A stretch of 64,000 bases of DNA from Planctomycetota bacterium (lineage in GTDB: Bacteria; Planctomycetota; PLA2; JAEUHO01): the NCBI GenBank assembly GCA_050248855.1, contig JBFWRP010000003.1, positions 64,001 to 128,000 of the forward strand, in the 5' to 3' direction. The notes beneath the pieces were generated by a model. That model ran no database searches. It was not told where the DNA came from and saw nothing but the letters and a program-made list of their open reading frames with translations. Positions within the stretch are counted from its first letter, which is position 1; each line of letters starts with the position of its first letter. Position numbers and translations under genes: made by a program. Shown piece by piece: positions 1-7,884 of the stretch.

Positions 1-113
1 CCGGCGGTCCGCCCGAGGGCGGTGAGGACCTGCTTCGCCGTCTGCTCCGACGCCTAGGCGTCCATCGCGATGACGTGCCGCTGGGCCCCAAGCCGCGCCG
101 CCGCCGACGGTGA
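1..113 (+). CDS. 3' end of an upstream gene (partial), product unknown
   Basis: Open frame from position 3 (GGPPEGGEDLLRRLLRRLGVHRDDVPLGPKPRRRRR) ends in TGA 111-113, overlapping the next GTG start (GTGA coupling). Confidence 0.5.
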   Translation, partial: GGPPEGGEDLLRRLLRRLGVHRDDVPLGPKPRRRRR

Positions 114-1423
114 GTAACCGCGCGGTAATCGGTGCCGCGTTCGCCCGGGCCCTCCGGGGCGCGGGCCCGTATCCTGCCCCCGTGCCGCGTCCCCGCCTCG
201 TGGTCCCGTCCGTCCTCGTCGCGTGCGTGCTCGCGTCCGCGTGCTCGTCGAGCGTCAGCGACATCCGCCCGTCGCCCGTGCCGCCGGGCTACCTCGAGGC
301 CCTCGCCCGCGACGGCGGCGAGGCAGGTACGACGCGTCGCGCGCGGGAGGACGGCGAGCAGATCGTGGACGGCATCGTCGCGGCCGTCGGCGACAAGGTG
401 CTCACCCGGAGCGAGGTGCTGCGCAGCCTGCGCATCCAGGACCAGCCCCGCCGACCCGGAGCCACCGAGGAAGACGAGATCGAGGCCGAGCGCGTGCGCT
501 GGGCCAGCACGCAGCTGGTCGTCCTCGCGGCCTACCAGGCGGGGCTGCGCCTGGAGGCGCGCATGCTCGACTCGGTGGTCGAGGACGTGATGGAGGGGTT
601 GCTGGAGGAGGCCTCCGAGAAGGAGGGCCGACCGGTGAGCGAGGAGGAGTGGCTCGCCTCCAAGCGCCTGACGAAGGAGGAGTTCCGCCGGCGTCACGAA
701 GGGCAGGTCGTCTCCGAGCTTTACGTGCAGAAGCTGATGCGCGGCGTCGGGGGCCCGACGCGGCCCGAGGTCGACTGGGACGTCACGCCGGCCGAAGTCC
801 GGCGCATCTTCCGCGCCCACCCGGAGGCCTTCGACGAGCCGGCCAAGGTCCGGAGCGCGGTCTTCCAGATCTACGTCAGCGGCCTCGCCGACGAGGAGCA
901 CACGCCCGCCGAGTGGCAGGACCTGGCCGAGCGCCGCGCGGAGCAGCTGGCCGAGCTGTTCCGCCAGGGTCACGACCACGAGTTCCTGGCGAAGCGCTAC
1001 GGGTTGGACCAGGAGAACATGGGGCTCAGCCTCTTCGCGCCCTCGGCCCAGCCTCTCGATGTGGTCCAGAGGCAGATGGGGGGCCAGGGCGGCATCCCCG
1101 GCATCCAAGCGTGGCTCGAGCGCCCTGACCTGGGTGCGCGCCAGACCCTCGTGGCCAGCCATCCCCAGGGCCCGTTCGTGTACGGGGTGATCGAGTTCGA
1201 GCCGGCGGCCCGCAAGAGCTTCGAGGAAGCCTACGACGACATCGTTTCCGCGATCCGCGCCGCGCGCCAAGCCAGTACGCGCGCCCGCGTCGTCATCCAG
1301 ATGCTCGCCACGGGTTCGGCCGTCTCGCCGCCCGAGCTCGAGGACCGGGTACTGGACGCCGCCCAGCAGACGCTCGACGAGATCGCGGCGAACGAGATCC
1401 TCGGGAAGGTCCGCCTCCGGTGA
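110..1423 (+). CDS. SurA/PpiC-like periplasmic chaperone (peptidyl-prolyl isomerase family), probable lipoprotein
   Basis: Hydrophobic signal with LASAC lipobox-like motif. 'VDGIVAAVGDKVLTRSEV' resembles the SurA N-terminus and 'VTPAEVRRIFRAHPEAFDEPAKVR' the segment preceding the parvulin domain. Start uncertain. Confidence 0.65.
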   Translation: MSNRAVIGAAFARALRGAGPYPAPVPRPRLVVPSVLVACVLASACSSSVSDIRPSPVPPGYLEALARDGGEAGTTRRAREDGEQIVDGIVAAVGDKVLTRSEVLRSLRIQDQPRRPGATEEDEIEAERVRWASTQLVVLAAYQAGLRLEARMLDSVVEDVMEGLLEEASEKEGRPVSEEEWLASKRLTKEEFRRRHEGQVVSELYVQKLMRGVGGPTRPEVDWDVTPAEVRRIFRAHPEAFDEPAKVRSAVFQIYVSGLADEEHTPAEWQDLAERRAEQLAELFRQGHDHEFLAKRYGLDQENMGLSLFAPSAQPLDVVQRQMGGQGGIPGIQAWLERPDLGARQTLVASHPQGPFVYGVIEFEPAARKSFEEAYDDIVSAIRAARQASTRARVVIQMLATGSAVSPPELEDRVLDAAQQTLDEIAANEILGKVRLR

Positions 1424-2475
1424 CCGCCGGCGCGCGACGCACGCCCCTTGCCGTCGCCCTGGTCGGAGTGCTCCTGGCCGTGGCGTCCGCGGCGTTCGCG
1501 TGGCGGGTGCACGACTTGGCACCCCAGCGCTCGGGCGCCGTGCGCGGCGACGGGCTCTACGGCCCCGAGCGCGCCGCAGAGGTGCGCGCGCTGATGGCGC
1601 GGCTCGCCCGCGGTCTCCTCGCCTGCCAGACCGACGCGGGCTGGTTCCGCACGCAGGCCGAGGCGACGGGGACGGGCTACAACGACGACGGGGAGCGGAC
1701 GGGTGCGAGCGCGCTGGCCCTGGCCGCGCTCGCGACGGCGCGGGACGTCACGGTCGGTCGCACGCCCGTCCCCGGCCTGGAGGAGGGTCTGGCGCGCGGC
1801 TTGGCGTGGCTGCGCACCCAGCAGCTGCCGGGAGGTGCCTTCGCGCGGGGCGAGGGCTCCTCGCTCTGGGTCGCTGCCGAGGCCACCGGTGGGGCCTTCC
1901 TCGCGCTGCTCCTGGCGGGCGACCCCGCGGATGCGAGCCTGCTCGACGGCGCCGGCACGGCCCTGACCCGCCTGTCCGAGCAGAAGCTCCCCGCGGGTCG
2001 CAGCCGGTCCATCGTGGGCATCGCAGCCGAGCGCGCCGTGGGCTTGGACCGCGAGGGGTTCTTGCCCAAGGGCCTGGATGCCTTGCTCGACGCCCGCTTC
2101 GATGACGTGGTGCCGACCGGCAACGACTACCTGCTCTGGGACACCACGCTGTCGGAGGTGGTGACCCGGCTGCTTCGCGCCCGCGGTTCCCAGGGGCTGG
2201 ACCCGCTCCCCGGTCGCGTGGCCCAAGCCGTGCTGGAGCGCCCGCCGAGCTGGCGCGGCAGCAACACCGACGTCTCGGCGTGGTGGGTGCAGGGGTGGCT
2301 GGCCGCTCGCACGCCAGGCTCGGCCGCCTGGTTCGACGCGCTGCCGGGGCCCATCGGGGAGTGGGTGGATGAGGACGGGCTGCTGCCCGGGGGCTTCTTC
2401 ACCTCGTCGCTGCTCCAGACGGCCTGCGCCGTGCTGGCCCTGGACGAGGGGCTCCGCGCCGCAGCAGGCCCCTGA
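1420..2475 (+). CDS. Membrane-anchored, divergent prenyltransferase/squalene-oxidase repeat-like protein
   Basis: N-terminal TM helix. QW-like motifs (CQTDAGWF, WLRTQQLPGGAF) and C-terminal 'TACAVLAL' resemble the downstream paralogs. GTGA-coupled to the previous gene. Confidence 0.55.
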   Translation: MTAGARRTPLAVALVGVLLAVASAAFAWRVHDLAPQRSGAVRGDGLYGPERAAEVRALMARLARGLLACQTDAGWFRTQAEATGTGYNDDGERTGASALALAALATARDVTVGRTPVPGLEEGLARGLAWLRTQQLPGGAFARGEGSSLWVAAEATGGAFLALLLAGDPADASLLDGAGTALTRLSEQKLPAGRSRSIVGIAAERAVGLDREGFLPKGLDALLDARFDDVVPTGNDYLLWDTTLSEVVTRLLRARGSQGLDPLPGRVAQAVLERPPSWRGSNTDVSAWWVQGWLAARTPGSAAWFDALPGPIGEWVDEDGLLPGGFFTSSLLQTACAVLALDEGLRAAAGP

Positions 2476-2539
2476 TGACCGGGCTTTGAGGCCCGTTGGC
2501 CCAGCGGGCCACGATGCGCCCCGAGCCGGGAATCGCGGC

Positions 2540-2563
2540 GAACCGCTAGCCCCCTCCCCCGTT
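2540..2563 (+). promoter_or_regulatory. Putative ECF sigma promoter GAAC-N16-CGTT (copy 1)
   Basis: GAAC 2540-2543, 16-nt spacer, CGTT 2560-2563. The same spacing recurs upstream of three other paralogs. Confidence 0.55.
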
Positions 2564-2611
2564 GGAGTGGTGTGGAGGCTCTCCCTATAGTGGGCGGGCT
2601 TCCGAGCTTGA

Positions 2612-2662
2612 ACGGCCCGAGAGGCACGACGGCCCGAGAGGCACGACGGCCGAAGAAGCACG
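2612..2662 (+). repeat. 17-bp tandem repeat x3 in the 5' leader
   Basis: ACGGCCCGAGAGGCACG exact at 2612-2628 and 2629-2645; third copy ACGGCCGAAGAAGCACG (3 mismatches) at 2646-2662. Confidence 0.85.
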
Positions 2663-2674
2663 ACGAGGACGCCG

Positions 2675-4273
2675 ATGGCACGCACCGAGCGCACCGAACA
2701 CCAATACGCCTTCGCCCGGGAAGGTGACTTCAACGAGCAGCTCTACGAAGCGCTGCGCCAGGCCCCCTGGTGGATGATCAGCATCGCGCTGCACGTCCTC
2801 GTCGGCGCCATCCTCCTTGCGCTGGACACCAGCGACAAGGACGCGGCCGCTCCGCCCCTGATCCAGGCCTCGCAGAACGACAACATCGAGGAAGAGCTCC
2901 CCGAGGTCGAGGAAGAGACCGAGGAAGTCAAGGAGCAGGACCTCGTCGTCGAAGAGCCCGTCATCAAGGACGAGGAGATCTCCGAGGAAGTCGAGACCGA
3001 CAACGACCTGCCCTTCGAGGAATCGTTCGGCCAGACCGAGGGTCTTTCGGACGCGCCCTTCGAGGGCCCGGCCAACAACGGCACCATCGGTATCGGCGGC
3101 GGCGCCGGCGGCGCGTTCAAGGGCCGCGGTGGCGGCCGTGACAGGGGCCGTGGCGGCGGTGGTCGCAAGAAGTTCGACGACGCCGTGGACGACGCGCTGA
3201 AGTGGCTCGCCGCCCACCAGTCGCTCAACGGGGGCTGGGAAGCCGCCGGCTTCATGAACTGGTGCGACCTCAAGCCTGCCGAGGAGGGCAAGAAGCCCGA
3301 CGGCGCCGGCAAGGTCATGTACGACGCGGGTGTGAGCGGTCTGTCGCTCTGCGCGTTCCTGGGTGCGGGCTACACGAACCGCGGCGACCACGAGTTCGCC
3401 AAGACGGTGTCGCGCGGCCTCAAGTACCTGAAGGACATCCAGGACCCGGAGGGTTGCTTCGGTCCGCGCTCGACGCAGCAGTACATCTACAACCACGCCA
3501 CGGCCTCGCTGGCCATGGTGGAAGCCTACGGCATGACGGGCAGCCCGATCTTCAAGGGCCCCGCCCAGCGCGCCTTGGACTTCATCGCCCTGACCCGCAA
3601 CCCGTACTTCGCCTGGCGTTACGGCATCAAGCCGGGCGACAACGACACCTCGGTGACGGGCTGGATGATGATGGCGCTCAAGAGCGCCAAGATGATCAAC
3701 AAGGACGCCATCGACAGCGGCAAGCCGGCTCCGCTCTCGCTGGACGACGGCGCCTTCGACGGCATCCGCACGTGGCTCGACAAGGTCACGGACCTCAACA
3801 CGGGTCGCGTCGGTTACCTGACCCGCGGCACGGGCCCGGCTCGGCCGCAGGAGCTGATCGACAAGTTCCCGGGTGAGAAGTCCGAGTCGATGACGGGTGT
3901 GGGCATGCTCGCCCGCATCTTCATGGGCGACGACCCGACCAAGGACGAGCACATCAAGAAGGGCGCCGAGCTCTGCTCCAAGCTGCCCCCGACGTGGAAC
4001 GAGTCCGACGGCAGCATCGACATGTACTACTGGTACTACGCGACGCTCGCGATGTTCCAGGTCGGCGGCAAGCACTGGGACAAGTGGAAGGCGGCCATGG
4101 AGAAGGCCATGGTCGAGACCCAGCGCAAGGACACCGACTACTGCCAGTTCAAGGGCTCGTGGGATGCCATCGGCCCCTGGGGCCCGGACGGTGGCCGCGT
4201 GTACAGCACGGCGATCTTGGCGCTGTGCCTCGAGGTCTTCTACCGCTACGACCGCGTGTTCGGCACGAAGTAG
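2675..4273 (+). CDS. Prenyltransferase/squalene-cyclase-like (alpha/alpha)-barrel repeat protein, type A, copy 1
   Basis: TM anchor WWMISIALHVLVGAILLAL, Glu-rich and Gly-rich linker. Barrel motifs WLAAHQSLNGGW, YNHATASLAM, WRY..DNDTSVTGW, DMYYWYYATLAMFQ, GSWD..GGRVYSTA. Confidence 0.85.
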   Translation: MARTERTEHQYAFAREGDFNEQLYEALRQAPWWMISIALHVLVGAILLALDTSDKDAAAPPLIQASQNDNIEEELPEVEEETEEVKEQDLVVEEPVIKDEEISEEVETDNDLPFEESFGQTEGLSDAPFEGPANNGTIGIGGGAGGAFKGRGGGRDRGRGGGGRKKFDDAVDDALKWLAAHQSLNGGWEAAGFMNWCDLKPAEEGKKPDGAGKVMYDAGVSGLSLCAFLGAGYTNRGDHEFAKTVSRGLKYLKDIQDPEGCFGPRSTQQYIYNHATASLAMVEAYGMTGSPIFKGPAQRALDFIALTRNPYFAWRYGIKPGDNDTSVTGWMMMALKSAKMINKDAIDSGKPAPLSLDDGAFDGIRTWLDKVTDLNTGRVGYLTRGTGPARPQELIDKFPGEKSESMTGVGMLARIFMGDDPTKDEHIKKGAELCSKLPPTWNESDGSIDMYYWYYATLAMFQVGGKHWDKWKAAMEKAMVETQRKDTDYCQFKGSWDAIGPWGPDGGRVYSTAILALCLEVFYRYDRVFGTK

Positions 4274-4298
4274 CCCGAATCGCGACTCTCGCTCCAAG

Positions 4299-4342
4299 GC
4301 GGGGCGCGTTGCCGCAAGGCGATGCGCCCCGCTTCGCATTTT
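4299..4342 (+). terminator. Probable intrinsic terminator
   Basis: GCGGGGCGCGTTGCC-GCAA-GGCGATGCGCCCCGC hairpin (GNRA loop) followed by TTCGCATTTT, just after the stop at 4273. Confidence 0.6.
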
Positions 4343-4391
4343 GGCCGCCTGCGAACCGACTCCCGTGCACCCGTCCAGCCACCGGACCCGG

Positions 4392-4416
4392 TGAACCACC
4401 CCACGGCCGCTCCGTT
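4392..4416 (+). promoter_or_regulatory. Putative ECF sigma promoter TGAAC-N16-CGTT (copy 2)
   Basis: TGAAC 4392-4396, CGTT 4413-4416. Confidence 0.6.
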
Positions 4417-4550
4417 GCAAGGGATGGAGACACGAGGCAAGCCCTCGAGCTCCCGCCCGGATGACGCGCTCTTCCTGCGCAGGGGAGCGCCGGGCGCATG
4501 TGACCGGCAGGCCGCGGTGACCCGCGTGGCCCCCGGAGGAGGTGCTCGAG

Positions 4551-6155
4551 ATGGCACGACAGCAACGGTCCAGCTACCCGTATGCCTTCACCACGGAGGC
4601 AACGTTCGACGAACAGCTGCGTAGTGCGCTCAAGGAAGCGCCGTGGTGGATGATCAGCATCGCACTGCACGTGCTCGTGGGGGCGCTGCTGCTCGCGCTC
4701 GACACGAGCGAACCCGAAGCGGCCGCCCCGCCGCTCGTGTCGGCGACCATGGCCCAGGAGCTGATCGACGAGATCCCGCCCGAGGACGACAAGGTCGAGG
4801 ACAAGATCCAGGAGCTCGTCGAGAACCCGCAGCCGGTCGACATCCCCGAGCCGGAGGTCGACGTCCCGGAGACCGACAACGATCTCCCGACGAACGAGGT
4901 CCTCGGCAACGAGACGGGCCTCTCCGACGCACCTTTCGAGGGCCCCAGCAAGAACAGCGAGATCGGCATCGGCCCAGGCGCGGGAGGCCGGTGGGGTCGC
5001 GGCAAGGGAGGTGACGACAACAGCGGCGGCCGTCGCGGCGGCGGCGAGCGCAGCGAGAACGCCGTCGACGACGCCCTCAAGTGGCTCGCTGCCCATCAGT
5101 CGGGCAGCAGCGGCGGCTGGGAAGCTGCCGGCTTCATGAACTGGTGCGACCTCCAGCCCGCCGCGGACGGCCAGCGCTCCGACGGGGCCGGCAAGACCAT
5201 GTACGACGCGGGCGTCACGGGCTTGGCGCTCTGCGCGTTCCTCGGGGCGGGCTACACGAACCGCGGCGACCACGAGTTCGCCCGCACCGTGTCGCGCGGC
5301 CTCAAGCATCTGAAGGACATCCAGGACCCGGAGGGCTGCTTCGGACCGCGCTCCACGCAACAGTACATCTACAACCACGCCACGGCCTCGCTGGCCATGG
5401 TGGAAGCCTACGGCATGACGGGCAGCCCGATCTTCAAAGCGCCGGCCCAGCGCGCCTTGGACTTCATCGCCCTGGCCCGCAACCCGTACTTCGCGTGGCG
5501 CTACGGCATCAAGCCCGGCGACAACGACACCTCGGTGACGGGTTGGATGATGATGGCGCTCAAGAGCGCCAAGCTCGTCAACAGCTACGAGATCAAGGCC
5601 GGCAAGCCGGCTCCACTGAGCGTGGACGACGGCGCCTTCGACGGCATCCGGACCTGGCTCGACAAGGTGACCGATCCCAACACGGGCCGCGTCGGCTACC
5701 TGACCCGCGGTACGGGCCCGGCCCGTCCCCAGGAGCTCATCGACAAGTTCCCGGCCGACAAGTCCGAGTCGATGACGGGCGTGGGCGTGCTGGCGCGCGT
5801 CTTCAGCGGCGAGGACGTCGACAAGAGCGACGCGATCAAGAAGGGCGCCGAGCTCTGCGCCAAGCTGCCTCCGACGTGGAACGAGTCCGACGGCAGCATC
5901 GACATGTACTACTGGTACTACGCGACGCTCGCGATGTTCCAGGTCGGTGGCAAGCACTGGGACAAGTGGAAGGTGGCCATGGACAAGGCCATCGTCGACT
6001 CCCAACGCCGCGACACCGACTACTGCCAGTTCAAGGGCTCCTGGGACCCGATCGGCCCCTGGGGTCCGGACGGCGGCCGCGTCTACAGCACCGCGATCCT
6101 CGCCATGTGCCTCGAGGTCTACTACCGCTACCCGCGCGTCGCAGGCACCAAGTAG
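4551..6155 (+). CDS. Prenyltransferase/squalene-cyclase-like repeat protein, type A, copy 2
   Basis: GGAGGAGG RBS before ATG 4551 (MARQQRSS); same architecture as copy 1 with a highly similar barrel domain. Confidence 0.85.
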   Translation: MARQQRSSYPYAFTTEATFDEQLRSALKEAPWWMISIALHVLVGALLLALDTSEPEAAAPPLVSATMAQELIDEIPPEDDKVEDKIQELVENPQPVDIPEPEVDVPETDNDLPTNEVLGNETGLSDAPFEGPSKNSEIGIGPGAGGRWGRGKGGDDNSGGRRGGGERSENAVDDALKWLAAHQSGSSGGWEAAGFMNWCDLQPAADGQRSDGAGKTMYDAGVTGLALCAFLGAGYTNRGDHEFARTVSRGLKHLKDIQDPEGCFGPRSTQQYIYNHATASLAMVEAYGMTGSPIFKAPAQRALDFIALARNPYFAWRYGIKPGDNDTSVTGWMMMALKSAKLVNSYEIKAGKPAPLSVDDGAFDGIRTWLDKVTDPNTGRVGYLTRGTGPARPQELIDKFPADKSESMTGVGVLARVFSGEDVDKSDAIKKGAELCAKLPPTWNESDGSIDMYYWYYATLAMFQVGGKHWDKWKVAMDKAIVDSQRRDTDYCQFKGSWDPIGPWGPDGGRVYSTAILAMCLEVYYRYPRVAGTK

Positions 6156-6160
6156 CTCCC

Positions 6161-6257
6161 TACGGTGCCAGAGCAATTCCTATCACCCAGTGCCGGAGGG
6201 AGCCTGTGAATGCGACGGCCACTTGCACTGGCTGATAGGAATTGCTCTGGCACCGTA
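6161..6257. mobile_element. 97-bp inverted-repeat element (MITE/REPIN-like), copy 1
   Basis: Left arm TACGGTGCCAGAGCAATTCCTATCACCCAGTG at 6161-6192 and its reverse complement (1 mismatch) at 6226-6257; TA at both ends; recurs at 10905. Confidence 0.75.
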
Positions 6258-7676
6258 CGTGGTGGACTGCTGATCGCGCTTGGTGTCGCTCTCGGTGCCG
6301 TTGGCCACGCTTGGTGGGCTGGCTGGCCTTCGTCTGCGGTCCCTCCGCGCGATGTGGGCGCGCCTCCACCTCCGCTCGTCTCTCCTGGCGCCGGGGTCGG
6401 CGGACCTCGTGTGCCCGCCGCCGCAGGCGGGTCTGCGGGCGGATCCCCGGCCGTGCCAGCGGATTTCGACGAGTTCGTACAGCTCGATGAGGACCTATCT
6501 CGATCAGGGCCCATCAAGTGGCCCCCAATCCCCTTCCCCATGCGGGAGAAGATGGGCACGGCGTTTCGATCTCGTGAGGTTCACCGCATCGCAGTTGAGA
6601 AGGATCGGCAGGAGGCCCGCCAAGCCGTGGAGCGCGCCCTTCGCTGGTTGGCGGCACACCAAGCTCGGGACGGAGGCTGGGACGCGGCGGCGTTCCACGA
6701 GTGGTGCCACCGCGAGCATGCGCCCTCCGACATGCAGGCCGACGGCGCCGGGAAGCGCACGTACGACGTGGGGGTCAGCGGCCTTGCGTTGTGCGCCTTC
6801 CTGGGTGCGGGCTACACGAACCGCGGTGACCACGAGTTCGCACCCACGATCTCGCGCGGCCTGAAGTACTTGAAAGACGTCCAGGACCCGGAGGGTTGCT
6901 TCGGTCCGCAGTCCAACCCGCAGCACGTCTACAACCACGCGCTGGCCACGCTCGCCATGGTCGAAGCCTTCGGCATGACGGGCAGCCCCATCTTCAGGGG
7001 CCCCGCGCAGCGCAGCTTGGACTTCGCGGTGCAGGCCCGCGACTCGTTCCTCGTCTGGCCGGACGACGCCCAGCCAGGTGGCCCCGGCAGGTCGGTCACG
7101 GCGTGGATGACCAACGTGATCACGTCGGCCCACGCCATCAACGCGGCCGCCGTTGCTGGCGGCAAGCCGGCACCGCTGCGGGTTGACGGGGCCGCCCTCG
7201 ATGGCGTCCATGACTGGGTCCGCAGGAGGACCGATCCCGTGACCGGCCGCGTCGGCTGCATGGATCGCTTCCCGCCCGATCCCTCGGAGGCGATGACGGC
7301 GGCGGGGATCCTGCTGCGCATCTACACGCGCGAGAGCCCCGCCAAGAGCGAGCTGATCCAGCGCGGGGTCAAACGCTGCTTGGCACGGCTTCCCGTCTGG
7401 AACGCGATCGACGGCTCGATCGACATAGCGTACTGGCACTTCGCCACGCAGGCCATGCACCAAGTCGGTGGCGAATCGTGGGCCACGTGGAAGGCTGCGC
7501 TCGCGACAGCCGTCGTCGAGACGCAACGCCGCGACACGGATCCCTGTGCGTTCGAGGGTTCTTGGGACCCCGTGGGCCCCGGAGGACCTGATGGCGGCCG
7601 CGTCTACAGCACGGCGCTGATGGCACTGTGTCTGGAGGCGCCGCACCTCTACGAGCGCGTGTACCGCGGCGAGTAG
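6210..7676 (+). CDS. Prenyltransferase-like repeat protein, type B, copy 3 (degenerate, possibly a pseudogene)
   Basis: Barrel domain is paralogous to copy 5. The in-frame ATG upstream of the hydrophobic segment lies inside the repeat element. The DNDTS motif is replaced and 13 aa are deleted relative to copy 5. Confidence 0.7.
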   Translation: MRRPLALADRNCSGTVRGGLLIALGVALGAVGHAWWAGWPSSAVPPRDVGAPPPPLVSPGAGVGGPRVPAAAGGSAGGSPAVPADFDEFVQLDEDLSRSGPIKWPPIPFPMREKMGTAFRSREVHRIAVEKDRQEARQAVERALRWLAAHQARDGGWDAAAFHEWCHREHAPSDMQADGAGKRTYDVGVSGLALCAFLGAGYTNRGDHEFAPTISRGLKYLKDVQDPEGCFGPQSNPQHVYNHALATLAMVEAFGMTGSPIFRGPAQRSLDFAVQARDSFLVWPDDAQPGGPGRSVTAWMTNVITSAHAINAAAVAGGKPAPLRVDGAALDGVHDWVRRRTDPVTGRVGCMDRFPPDPSEAMTAAGILLRIYTRESPAKSELIQRGVKRCLARLPVWNAIDGSIDIAYWHFATQAMHQVGGESWATWKAALATAVVETQRRDTDPCAFEGSWDPVGPGGPDGGRVYSTALMALCLEAPHLYERVYRGE

Positions 7677-7722
7677 CGGTCACCCCGCACTCCGGACACC
7701 TCCGCGCGGCTGACGCGGATCG

Positions 7723-7747
7723 TGAACCCCGCACGCCGGCCTGCGTT
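7723..7747 (+). promoter_or_regulatory. Putative ECF sigma promoter TGAAC-N16-CGTT (copy 4)
   Basis: TGAAC 7723-7727, CGTT 7744-7747; the leader is homologous to 4392-4550. Confidence 0.6.
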
Positions 7748-7884
7748 GCAGAGGACGGAGACGCGACGACAAGCCTTTCGCGCTTCCGCCCGGACAACGG
7801 CTCTCCCCTTGCGCATGAGAGCCCCGCGTCGAGATGACCGGGAGGCCGCGACGACCCGCGCGGCGCCCGGAGGAGGTGCTTCCG

